From Sphingobacteriales bacterium (lineage in GTDB: Bacteria; Bacteroidota; Bacteroidia; Chitinophagales; UBA2359), in the NCBI GenBank assembly GCA_016700115.1, contig CP064999.1, positions 1,346,865 through 1,410,864 on the forward strand: a stretch of DNA of 64,000 nucleotides, read 5' to 3'. Position numbers and translations under genes: made by a program. The notes under the pieces were generated by a model, which worked only from the letters and a program-made list of their open reading frames with translations, searched no databases and was not told the origin of the DNA. This document shows positions 9,101 through 17,840 of the stretch, one piece after another. How positions within the stretch are numbered: the stretch's first letter is position 1; the number at the start of each line of letters is the position of its first letter.

Positions 9101-10958
9101 TTATACTTTCATAAGGGAAAGCAGGGCATGGATAATCTGTAAGGGCAGTAATTAATAATGTTGGGGCAGCAGTAAGACCAGAAGCAGAGATGGTTTGCTG
9201 AAATGCAAATGCATTAAAACTGACCGTTACTGTGCACTGATCAGGTATAGGGTCAGAAAGTGGAATGCTTGCAGATTCTTTATGACAACCTGTACAGTCA
9301 ATCCAGCCTATACCTAAGACATTATTATCAGTGTTGGCAATTTTAACATCTGGGGTATTACCACTAAATAAATCAGAAAAAACAAAATTGTCAACACCAA
9401 GTCCAGGATAATAGTTTGAAGAGTTATCATCATTATCAGGAAAAGTTTCAAAGTCCTCAAAATCGCCAAAGCAAATAATATTGCAGTATGGATCGTAACA
9501 TTGAATTTCTACCGGACTATTATTAACCAACACAGTCACTTCTTCTATCTGACAGATTCCGTTGCAATTTTCAACTGTATAGCAAAACTTATAGATGCCG
9601 GGTTCGAATGCTTCAATTTCTATAGAGATCGGAAAGTTTGAAACATCAATGTCAAGGCTGCCAATATACATACAATCAAAGTCAAAGCTAAAAGGAGCGC
9701 CTACAGGTACGACATCGTTGGCAAGTAAGCTGGATATAGGTATAACAAGAGGATTGTTGGCATCTTCGCCTTCTAAATAGATTTGGTAGGTATCAGGGTT
9801 GGTGAAAACCTCACAGGGTTGATCGCAGTTTTCTACACCAGGTAGGTCTATAATATGGTAGCCCAATGCACAAAGGATGTGGAGTTCTGCATCGGTAAGT
9901 GTTCTTCTTATTTCTCCAGCACTGATTGCAGGGTGCATAACATAGTTCATTGTGCCGGTTATACCAATTTCATCTGCACAAGAATTATCCAAGTGAGACA
10001 ACTTATTAAGGAAAATATTTTCGCCTGAACCTCCCGAAAAATTGGAATAATTAGCCACATTCACTGGCGCTAAAATAACCTGATCGTCATTGCGAAAGGC
10101 AAGTTCTAATGGACACCCATAAGCAAAATCATTGGGCATATAGTCAAAGTCAATATCATTAAACTCATAAGCGTTGCAACATTCGGTTATTGGTGCATGG
10201 TAGATAAGTCGAGAATCCTCGACTACGGAATAAAGAAATCTGTCCCATTGCGAGTAAAATCCATTCATGGCTGCACCGGTTGTACTAATACGCGAACCAA
10301 AGCCCAAAATATGTAAGGCTTCGTGCAGGGCAACTGAATACAAATCGTAATTGTTGGGATTAATACCTAAATTAGGGTCTCCCGTATCATCCTCTGGATA
10401 TGTATGCCATTGCCATTGGTCGGGTTCATGTATCTGCATCAATCCCAAATACCCTTCAGGATATTCATCCACAAAAATATTGTTGAGTCGTTCTATTATC
10501 CTGCTGTCAGCAATTCCACATTCTGCTTCCCATACTGGAGATCCTGTACCCAATATACCATTATTTAAAGGTGTTTTTTCTATCAACAGATTTATAGATT
10601 CCCCTGAAGGGTTGTCTATCGCTGCCGACAAATCAAAAAATACCCGACAGATAGTTGCTTCCTCGTTAGGTGTCCAAGTGCCTATAAAGACTAGGTTAAA
10701 ATAACTATCTATGCACGTTAGTTTGTACGCACCCGAACCATCTCCCGGATATGGGAAACCATATTCAGTATATTCATTACCGAACCGGTCGTAAAATCGG
10801 GCTACTTGTCCATTTTCTAAAGGCGGCTTTACAATCACCCCGCAAAATTCAATCGGTGTTTGCCCCATTAACACATTACCCCCCCCCCCATATATATAGG
10901 GAAAGCAAAACAAACAAGACCATAGTTTTGCAAAGAAAGCTGTTCTGAAATTGAACAT
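6117..10958 (-). CDS. giant (1613 aa) T9SS cargo protein with zincin-like HEALHILGFG motif and beta-helix-like region; G11 tract at residues 24-27
   Basis: Long uninterrupted ORF. It contains an HExxH motif and a WTGIQVEGPG block shared with 24585..28067 and 62077... The T9SS CTD is ...YTSGLYFYTVSINGKPVVNNKFIVIK. A poly-G(11) tract encodes GGGG right after the signal-like N-terminus. Confidence 0.8.
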   Translation of the reverse strand: MFNFRTAFFAKLWSCLFCFPYIYGGGGNVLMGQTPIEFCGVIVKPPLENGQVARFYDRFGNEYTEYGFPYPGDGSGAYKLTCIDSYFNLVFIGTWTPNEEATICRVFFDLSAAIDNPSGESINLLIEKTPLNNGILGTGSPVWEAECGIADSRIIERLNNIFVDEYPEGYLGLMQIHEPDQWQWHTYPEDDTGDPNLGINPNNYDLYSVALHEALHILGFGSRISTTGAAMNGFYSQWDRFLYSVVEDSRLIYHAPITECCNAYEFNDIDFDYMPNDFAYGCPLELAFRNDDQVILAPVNVANYSNFSGGSGENIFLNKLSHLDNSCADEIGITGTMNYVMHPAISAGEIRRTLTDAELHILCALGYHIIDLPGVENCDQPCEVFTNPDTYQIYLEGEDANNPLVIPISSLLANDVVPVGAPFSFDFDCMYIGSLDIDVSNFPISIEIEAFEPGIYKFCYTVENCNGICQIEEVTVLVNNSPVEIQCYDPYCNIICFGDFEDFETFPDNDDNSSNYYPGLGVDNFVFSDLFSGNTPDVKIANTDNNVLGIGWIDCTGCHKESASIPLSDPIPDQCTVTVSFNAFAFQQTISASGLTAAPTLLITALTDYPCPAFPYESINCITPTSSICTPPVYHFNMTTEPCGIELQDPIVTSSPLSSIINPTLSTLDFTQTPFYTFTWTNNTGFDITTLLLTGNNSVGNFVDGNIQTQYLVIDNLEAYLECKGKVNIAADDPDEICRGTSVSIPYTLCFENSDIGSVVNTTIQTNVSAIPGISVIPGGLFTETGTAEVTLSYDDPCITIDLNLLVGIAFTDGQQVTITAELTNVDASTNQLYCTFPNSEGLEVVLTIIDCGPIDPPYDCLDMTNFFTVNTGNPEVYTLSEYGEDRISYAPSSSQTWEPGSHPFVSITGSLPVISFNVDLVIPQGIDLTIDGMQLLFAPDKRILVQPGATLALKNTIIDGVCEVMWTGIQVEGPGMDIQPNSNNAGKLSMEQSHVKNAVLGVVNMNLAPLNNAEMADISPPNNPYFNISSLVLPSLFEDVPAKSTSGGLLNIISSSFTGCFQGINVSWNNLLPYTFQDNEFLYPSSTLWFPFNAITTQPEAGIYAHWCDRVGIINCFFEKQKYGVRANFINSLVVSGSKFENDVVGISSRHYKDLMSQYSTISDNEFTDCQLSVQVDGNEFCRITDNIVNETGNSILAFADLTAGFYFRGSNVYCVNNFLHRTHFGIILNQSDVTGTLIAGNLVNNTMEAIITEGDNSQAQLWCNHLLDYLLHGLDHRAFSSSNGILPQQGLCDDFDQIPAANTFMAAAGMGVSDVRLGPELFGGFGVETLIYYDVDATTLSVTDLSSLGGFSAFDCNPIDLNPYCSNQGYTPFEDVSEYVGLEIMDDRDLAQEILRLLADSSYTEAIDLLRRHNTSLIAQRRLIPYYIGVDSLVIAQNLLDQISADKEEDIRFTELNQLLLDLRADNRTIFEISQAEEDLLLDIAESGTKTSYKAQAILYAARGTDFPVVLPALASGGDNWYSSFKSVNSKISPLYPNPSNYTATISYELQTGEEAIFSFYSPLGQILETTVFTHSGNYLLDIHKYTSGLYFYTVSINGKPVVNNKFIVIK

Positions 10959-11235
10959 TTTTTTTCATTTTTTTTGAATTTTAAATTAAAAATCAGTTAG
11001 CTTTTAGATGATGAAAAAAGTGTCCCATAGTTGTTGTATCCCTTGTGTTGGCAATATACAAAACAGCTTTATTACTTGTAATGAAAAAAATAGAAATAAA
11101 ACCGGGTTTCTTGAAAATTTCAGCGATTTTCAGTTGTTTTTTAGCGGGTTTGGTGTGAAAATGTATTGATTTTCAGGGAGTTACATTATCTCCCTGTCTA
11201 TTGAGGAGAGAGGGTTACGAACAAAAAAAATTTCC

Positions 11236-11490
11236 TACCACACCCAAGCCGACTACACCGATGATTTGTTCGACCAACAAGATCAGGTAGAACTGACCCT
11301 TAAAGGAACAGGCTGTGCCGGCGAGGCTACGTTGAAAAGAGGCGCTACCGTGTTTAACATCAATATTATGGGCGTAATTAAAGGTGCACCCGGCGTTGGC
11401 GGAAAAGACACTTACCTGCTCTACGGCACTTACGGAAATGGTAAAAGCTTCATCACCATCAGTTTGTGGAACTTCATCCCCGTAGGATAA
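11236..11490 (+). pseudogene. 3' fragment (last ~85 codons) of small secreted-protein paralog; first unit of tandem array
   Basis: Homology to the paralogs begins abruptly at HTQADYTDDLFDQQDQ. There is no start or signal peptide. The downstream terminator stem is degraded (CAGCCTTCGACA). Confidence 0.6.
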
Positions 11491-12050
11491 TCTCCCCCTG
11501 CTAACCAAATTACCAACAGCCTTCGACAGTTTTTGTCGGGGGCTGTTTTGTTATGGAGAGGTTCCATCGAAACACTTTCTACCGAGGATTTCCACAATCT
11601 ATCCTACGATGTGCATCCTTAACTTCAGTTTGCAGAATTTATAGATTAGAAAATTGACTAAAAGAGTTAAAGACTAAATTTTCAATGTTTTCTGTAAGAG
11701 TTCAATTTAACCCTTGAATGTGGTTTGAAAAACAGGTAGTGACGGAACTTGTTCCGTCTGATGTTAATAACGGAACAAGTTCCCTTGCTACCGGTATAAA
11801 ACAGATTTAGCCACTCTTTTCTAAAGGAACGACTACGGAAATTTGAATTTATAAAAGCATAAAAGAGGGGGGCGTAAAGTGATATCTATTACCCCTCAAA
11901 AACCACCGTTCAAAATCTTTTTTCAAAAAAACTTCCAACCCACGGTTACGAAATTCCGCCCCAATGTACCAACCTACGAAAACCGAAAAAACAAATCGTA
12001 AATCGTTGTTTCGACAAGCTCAACAACCAATCGTAAATCGTAAATCGTAA

Positions 12051-12088
12051 AATTCCCCCCGATGTACCAACCTACGAAAACCGAAAGC
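12051..12088 (+). promoter_or_regulatory. conserved upstream motif copy (AATTCCCCCCGATGTACCAACCTACGAAAACCGAAAGC) 67 bp before ATG
   Basis: Same motif and spacing as 437..475. It is preceded by an (ATCGTAA)x3 heptamer run. Confidence 0.35.
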
Positions 12089-12154
12089 AAACAAAAACCA
12101 AAAACTAAATCAAAACATAAAATTTAACAAAAACCAAAAAACAAAACAAACACC

Positions 12155-12688
12155 ATGAAAAAGTTAATGAATTTCGCAGCAGTCGCAATCGCTCTTTTGA
12201 GCAGTTTTTTTGCAACGTCTAACGCTCAGGCACAAACTATCCTTGCCACTCCGAGCCTATCTCCCGAACAAGTGGTGAACTATGTGGTTCAAAACTACAA
12301 CAACGTGTCGTTTTCAATCGCCACCAACGAAACCGCCGATGCCAAAATCATGCCCGTCAGCACTTGGGCAACCGGAAGCATGACCAAAACCAACGCCGCT
12401 TGTAAATCTTTGAAAAGCGCACCCACCAACCGCTACCACACGCAAGCCGACTACACCGATGATTTGTTCGACCAACAAGATCAGGTAGAACTGACCCTTA
12501 AAGGTACAGGCTGTGCCGGCGAGGCTACGTTGAAAAGAGGTGCCACCGTGTTCAACATCAACATTATGGGCGTAATTAAAGGCGCACCCGGCGTTGGCGG
12601 AAAAGACACTTACCTGCTCTATGGCACTTACGGAAACGGTAAAAGCTTCATCACCATCAGTTTGTGGAACTTCATCCCCGTAGGATAA
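12155..12688 (+). CDS. small secreted protein, paralog 2
   Basis: About 95% identical to 542..1075. It has a signal peptide and is followed by a terminator at about 12706..12740. Confidence 0.75.
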   Translation: MKKLMNFAAVAIALLSSFFATSNAQAQTILATPSLSPEQVVNYVVQNYNNVSFSIATNETADAKIMPVSTWATGSMTKTNAACKSLKSAPTNRYHTQADYTDDLFDQQDQVELTLKGTGCAGEATLKRGATVFNINIMGVIKGAPGVGGKDTYLLYGTYGNGKSFITISLWNFIPVG

Positions 12689-12705
12689 TCAAACTCTCAA
12701 CAAAC

Positions 12706-12740
12706 CTTTTTACTAACAGCCTCCGACAGTTTTTGTCGGG
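12706..12740 (+). terminator. rho-independent terminator (one stem mismatch)
   Basis: CAGCCTCCGACA-GTTTT-TGTCGGGGGCTG followed by T5. Confidence 0.65.
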
Positions 12741-13250
12741 GGCTGTTTTTGGTTTGGAGAGGTTCCATCGAAACACTTTCTACCGAGGATTTCCACAATC
12801 TATCCTACGATGTGCATCCTTAACTTCAGTTTGCAGAATTTATAGATTAGAAAATTAACTAAAAGAGTTAAAGACTAAATTTTCAATGTTTTCTGTAAGA
12901 GTTCAATTTAACCCTTGAATGTGGTTTGAAAAACAGGTAGTGACGGAACTTGTTCCGTCTGATGTTAATAACGGAACAAGTTCCGTTGCTACCGGTATAA
13001 AACAGATTTAGCCACTCTTTTCTAAAGGAACGACTACGGAAATTTGAATTTATGAAAGCATAAAAGAGGGGGGCGTAAAGTGATATCTATTACCCCTCAA
13101 AAACCACCGTTCAAAATCTTTTTTCAAAAAAACTTCCAACCCACGGTTACGAAATTCCGCCCCGATGTACCAACCTACGAAAACCGAAAAAGCCAATCGT
13201 AAATCGTTGTTTCGACAAGCTCAACAACCAATCATAAATCGTAAATCGTA

Positions 13251-13289
13251 AAATTCCCCCCGGATGTACCAACCTACGAAAACCGAAAG
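13251..13289 (+). promoter_or_regulatory. conserved upstream motif copy
   Basis: Same motif, 79 bp upstream of the ATG at 13368. Confidence 0.3.
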
Positions 13290-13367
13290 AAAGCCAAGAA
13301 AAAACCAAACCAAAAACAAAATCAAAACATAAAATTTTTTAAAAACAAAAAACCAAACCAAAACACC

Positions 13368-13901
13368 ATGAAAAAGTTAATGAATTTCGCAGCAGTCGCT
13401 ATCGCCGTTATCGGCAGTTTTTTTGCAACCAACCACGCTAACGCACAAACCATCCTTGCTTCTCCGAGCCTTACTCCCGAACAAGTGGTAAACTATGTGG
13501 TTCAAAACTACACCGTTGTTCACTTTACCATCGCCTCCAATGAAACAGCCGACAACAAAATTATGCCGGTAAGCACCTGGGCAACAGGCAGCATGGCAAA
13601 AACCAACGCCGCTTGCAAATCGCTCAAAAGCGCAGCAACGAACCGCTACCACACGCAAGCCGACTACGCCGATGATTTGTTCGACCAACAAGATCAGGTA
13701 GAACTGACCCTTAAAGGTACAGGCTGTGCCGGCGAGGCTACGTTGAAAAGAGGTGCTACCGTGTTTAACATCAACATTATGGGCGTAATTAAAGGCGCAC
13801 CCGGCGTTGGCGGAAAAGACACTTACCTGCTCTATGGCACTTACGGAAACGGTAAAAGCTTCATCACCATCAGTTTGTGGAACTTCATCCCCGTAGGATA
13901 A
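13368..13901 (+). CDS. small secreted protein, paralog 3 (N-terminal half more diverged)
   Basis: Signal peptide MKKLMNFAAVAIAVIGSFFATNHANAQ. The C-terminal ~90 aa are identical to paralog 2. A terminator follows at about 13930..13965. Confidence 0.75.
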   Translation: MKKLMNFAAVAIAVIGSFFATNHANAQTILASPSLTPEQVVNYVVQNYTVVHFTIASNETADNKIMPVSTWATGSMAKTNAACKSLKSAATNRYHTQADYADDLFDQQDQVELTLKGTGCAGEATLKRGATVFNINIMGVIKGAPGVGGKDTYLLYGTYGNGKSFITISLWNFIPVG

Positions 13902-13929
13902 TCAAACTCTCAACAAACCTTTTTACTAA

Positions 13930-13965
13930 CAGCCTCCGACAGTTTTTGTCGGGGGCTGTTTTTGT
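13930..13965 (+). terminator. rho-independent terminator
   Basis: Same hairpin followed by T5. Confidence 0.65.
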
Positions 13966-14015
13966 GTTAGCGTTATTCCGGTAAAACAATTTAGTTCAGG
14001 CAGACAAAGCGCCAC

Positions 14016-15302
14016 TCAAACTAATTCAGAATGTAGTGAGGAGGGTTCGGTATCTGCTTCCTGCTGTTGAAGGGCATGATAATATAAAACCGAGCAGTTT
14101 TGCGGTGTAAAAATCTGACGCGACAGCCGCTGAACTTCACCTGCAGTTATTTTATCGTACTTTTCAATTTCCTGGTTGATTCCATTAGCATCTCCCAAAA
14201 CCTCATAAAAGGCCAAGGTAAATGCCTTCATCCACAGGTTGGTTTCTGAGAAAATGATGGAAGATTCCACGCGGTTTACTACTTTTTGTAGTTCTTCAGA
14301 CGGAACAGGTTGGTTAATCAGCGTTTCCAATTCAATCCAAATGGCAGCTTCTGTTTGTTCAAGCTTGATTCCTTTGTTCAATTTGGCTTCTATAATCAAA
14401 GCACCTTCGTCAAACTCTCCGTAACAATGAGTGCTTATAGAGTTGCAAAGTTGTTGTTCTTTGACCAAAGCGCGGTATAATCTTGCAGATGAGCCGGTTG
14501 AAAGCAGGTCATTGACAACATCTGTAGCAGGAAAATCGGGATGAGTGCGGTTGCAGACATGAAAACTCATATACAAAGCATCTAACGGAACATCCGCATT
14601 GACATGAAGGGTTCGTTTTTCGGTTTGGGGAAGTTCTTTGGGCAGATTCCGGTTGTTGGGAACACCGGCGGGAATATCACCAAACCATTTTTCTATTAAA
14701 GGCAGGATAGTTTGGGCCTCAATGCCTCCTGCTATACACAAAATGGCATTGTTGGGGCGGTAATACCGGTAGAAGAATGCTTCGACATCGGCTAATTCAG
14801 CCTGTTCAATATGTTCGGGAATCAAACCTATGACCGGCCATTGGTAAGGATGCCTTTTGTAACTCAAGGCGCGGAGCTTATGCCATACATCACCATAAGG
14901 TTGGTTGAGGCTCGTTTCTTTAAATTCTTCGACTACCACACTTTTCTGAACATCTAACGAAGCCTGACTGAAATTGAGCTGCATCATGCGGTCAGATTCG
15001 ATCCAAAAGGCAGTTTCGATATTTGCAGCTGGCAACTGTACGTAGTAATTTGTCATATCGGGGCTGGTAAATGCATTGCACTCGCCTCCCGCATGGTGAA
15101 TTACTTTGTCGTAATGCGGCACATTGGCCGAACCGCCAAACATCAGATGCTCAAACAGGTGGGCAAATCCCGTTTTGTCGGGTGTTTCATCTCTTGACCC
15201 CACATCATACAAAATATTGACGACTGCCAAAGGAGTGGTCGGGTCTTCATGAATCAGTACGCGCAAACCGTTGGATAGTGTAAACCTCTGAAAACTAATC
15301 AT
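14016..15302 (-). CDS. M16 (pitrilysin/insulinase) family zinc peptidase
   Basis: Inverted zinc motif HLFEHLMF followed by GGxxNAFT. The 428-aa length is typical. Confidence 0.8.
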   Translation of the reverse strand: MISFQRFTLSNGLRVLIHEDPTTPLAVVNILYDVGSRDETPDKTGFAHLFEHLMFGGSANVPHYDKVIHHAGGECNAFTSPDMTNYYVQLPAANIETAFWIESDRMMQLNFSQASLDVQKSVVVEEFKETSLNQPYGDVWHKLRALSYKRHPYQWPVIGLIPEHIEQAELADVEAFFYRYYRPNNAILCIAGGIEAQTILPLIEKWFGDIPAGVPNNRNLPKELPQTEKRTLHVNADVPLDALYMSFHVCNRTHPDFPATDVVNDLLSTGSSARLYRALVKEQQLCNSISTHCYGEFDEGALIIEAKLNKGIKLEQTEAAIWIELETLINQPVPSEELQKVVNRVESSIIFSETNLWMKAFTLAFYEVLGDANGINQEIEKYDKITAGEVQRLSRQIFTPQNCSVLYYHALQQQEADTEPSSLHSELV

Positions 15303-15450
15303 ATTGACATCCCTGTATTAAAAAAAAGAACCGCAAATATAAGAAGATTGACTTAATATGAGGGGTAAAGCTCGGTACAGATAAAGTCCACCGGTTTTTT
15401 ACTTACATTTCGGGCTTGTTTGTAACCCTAAAAATTGCAGGATTGTTTGG

Positions 15451-16080
15451 ATGAAAGTGATTTCTGTTAATATAGGTCGGACTCAATCAACAATATGGGA
15501 AGGGAAAGCAGTGCGAACCGGGATCTTTAAAACTCCGGTAAGCGGGGCTCAGATGGTTACTTTCAATGGTTTTAAAAATGATGAACAAGCCGATCTGAAA
15601 CACCACGGCGGTGCCGATAAAGCCGTTTACTCTTATGACCTGGATTATTACTCCCATTGGCAGCAACACCTACAACGACATGAGTGGGAGGCGGGTTTGT
15701 TTGGTGAAAACCTGACCACACAAGGATTGTATGACAGCGATGTTTTTATTGGAAGTGTCTATCAAATCGGAAGTGCTATTTTACAAGCTGTTCAGCCGCG
15801 TATTCCATGTTTTAAACTCAGTATCCGATTTGGAGTGCCCGACATGGTAACGAAATTTTTTGAACACAAAAGGCATGGAGTATATTTTAAGGTACTGCAA
15901 GAAGGAGCTATTGCACCGGGCAATGCCATTGAACTGATTAAAGCACCAGACTCTGCAATCACCATCACAGATGTGGTAGAATGTTTAACCTCAAAGGGGG
16001 AAGACCGCCAGAAATTAAGTCTGATTTTGGAAAATCCGGTAATACCGGACACACTGAAGGATGTGTTTGGCCGGTTCTAA
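15451..16080 (+). CDS. MOSC domain protein (YiiM-like)
   Basis: The N-terminal pattern ...SVNIG...GIFK.PV and the ADLKHHGG.DKAVY motif are MOSC-like. Confidence 0.65.
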   Translation: MKVISVNIGRTQSTIWEGKAVRTGIFKTPVSGAQMVTFNGFKNDEQADLKHHGGADKAVYSYDLDYYSHWQQHLQRHEWEAGLFGENLTTQGLYDSDVFIGSVYQIGSAILQAVQPRIPCFKLSIRFGVPDMVTKFFEHKRHGVYFKVLQEGAIAPGNAIELIKAPDSAITITDVVECLTSKGEDRQKLSLILENPVIPDTLKDVFGRF

Positions 16081-16173
16081 ATTTTTTTTCAGCCTTTACT
16101 TTTTTCATAAAATAGAGGGGACTTCATGCATCTGGGAGTTGATTATTAAGTTCCGTAATAATTTTTTAGAAAT

Positions 16174-17340
16174 ATGGCAGTCAGTTTATTGCCGGATGAA
16201 GCGAGGAAGTTAGTGTTAGTGTCCCAACTGCTGTACCAATCTTTGGACGGATTGGGTAAATCAGCCGTTTTAAGCGTTATAGAACAATTGGGCTATGTGC
16301 AGATTGACACTATTTCGGTGGTTGCGAGAGCACATCATCATACACTTTGGTCAAGGCTTCCCGGCTGTTATTCAGAAGAGCATTTACATGAATTGCAGGC
16401 AACAGACAAGACCATTTTTGAATATTGGAGTCATGCGGCATCTTACCTGCCTATGCGCGATTTCCGGTTTTCGTTGTTAATCAAAGAACATTATGCAAGC
16501 GGGCAATCGCATTGGTTTGAACAGGACAAGCGCATGAATCGGTTTGTGTTAGACCGTATTACGGCAGAGGGCGAACTGCAAAGTAAAGACTTTGAAGGGG
16601 ATGAAGGCCGAAACGGCCAAACCTGGTATGAGTGGAAATCTGCCAAACGCGCCCTTGAGCAATTGTTTATGGAAGGACGGTTAATGGTTAGCCGGAGGCA
16701 AGGGTTTCAAAAAGTATATGACCTTAGTGAGCGGGTTTTGCCTGCCGGAATCAACACAAGTCGCCCCTCACCCCTTGAATATGGACAGTATCTTGTCCAA
16801 ACCGCTTTAAAGGCACATGGAATATGCACCGAGGCGGAAATATACTATCTGCGTCCGAAATGGAAAAAAACAGTTCAACAAGTGCTGCAGCAAGCTGTAG
16901 AATCCGGCAAAATCAAAGAAGTTGCCGTAACCGGTTTTGAAAAAGAACGTTTTTATGCAGTTCCGGAGGTATTGGAAAGCGTGTTGAACAATCCGGCACC
17001 TGTGCCATCATTTCCGCAATTACACCTGCTTTCACCATTTGACAATTTAGTAATTCAGCGCAAACGCCTCCTGCGTTGGTTTGGGTTCGACTATCAGATT
17101 GAGTGCTATGTGCCGGAGCCGAAACGAAAGTTTGGTTATTTTGTCCTTCCTGTACTTTGGGGAGATTCATTTATAGGAAGACTCGACTCAAAAGCTGACA
17201 GGAAGTCTGGTACGCTGTTTGTCAAAAAATGGTTTACCGAATCCGGCGCACCATCTGAAACAGAATGGATGCCCCGACTAAAAGTAAAACTCCACGAGTT
17301 CGCCCGATTTAATGCTTGCAAAGAAGTCATATTTGAATAA
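16174..17340 (+). CDS. winged-helix DNA glycosylase YcaQ-family (DUF1006) protein
   Basis: 388 aa with the conserved ...GYVQIDTISVV.RAHHH.LWSR... block characteristic of the YcaQ/crosslink-repair glycosylase family. Confidence 0.6.
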   Translation: MAVSLLPDEARKLVLVSQLLYQSLDGLGKSAVLSVIEQLGYVQIDTISVVARAHHHTLWSRLPGCYSEEHLHELQATDKTIFEYWSHAASYLPMRDFRFSLLIKEHYASGQSHWFEQDKRMNRFVLDRITAEGELQSKDFEGDEGRNGQTWYEWKSAKRALEQLFMEGRLMVSRRQGFQKVYDLSERVLPAGINTSRPSPLEYGQYLVQTALKAHGICTEAEIYYLRPKWKKTVQQVLQQAVESGKIKEVAVTGFEKERFYAVPEVLESVLNNPAPVPSFPQLHLLSPFDNLVIQRKRLLRWFGFDYQIECYVPEPKRKFGYFVLPVLWGDSFIGRLDSKADRKSGTLFVKKWFTESGAPSETEWMPRLKVKLHEFARFNACKEVIFE

Positions 17341-17440
17341 ATACCTCAGAGTTTGTTTAGATTTAAGTCCGACCCTCAACTTCAAAATAGGTTTTTCACT
17401 CATTTCCGCAGGTTTCACATACGGCTATTCATGTTTCTTG

Positions 17441-17745
17441 CAATTAACAATTAACAATTAACAATTAACAATTAACAATTAACAATTAACAATTAACAAT
17501 TAACAATTAACAATTAACAATTAACAATTAACAATTAACAATTAACAATTAACAATTAACAATTAACAATTAACAATTAACAATTAACAATTAACAATTA
17601 ACAATTAACAATTAACAATTAACAATTAACAATTAACAATTAACAATTAACAATTAACAATTAACAATTAACAATTAACAATTAACAATTAACAATTAAC
17701 AATTAACAATTAACAATTAACAATTAACAATTAACAATTAACAAT
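17441..17745. repeat. perfect octanucleotide microsatellite (AATTAACA)~38
   Basis: 305 bp of uninterrupted CAATTAACAATTAACA... lying between the convergent 3' ends of 16174..17340 and 17835..19595. Confidence 0.95.
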
Positions 17746-17840
17746 GGCTATTCATATTAACTCTTTCAGGTTTTTCACTTTTCACTTTTAGTTTTTCACT
17801 TTTTTGCTTTTCACTTTTAGTTTTTCACTTTTCACTATCT
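17746..17840. repeat. intergenic repeat family member (GTGAAAAGTGAAAAAC-type with CTGAAAG/ATATGAATAGCCATTGTTAA core)
   Basis: Reverse-complement match to units of the 130-bp tandem repeat at 50645..51010. A copy is also at 22735..22785, directly 3' of paralog B2. Confidence 0.7.
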
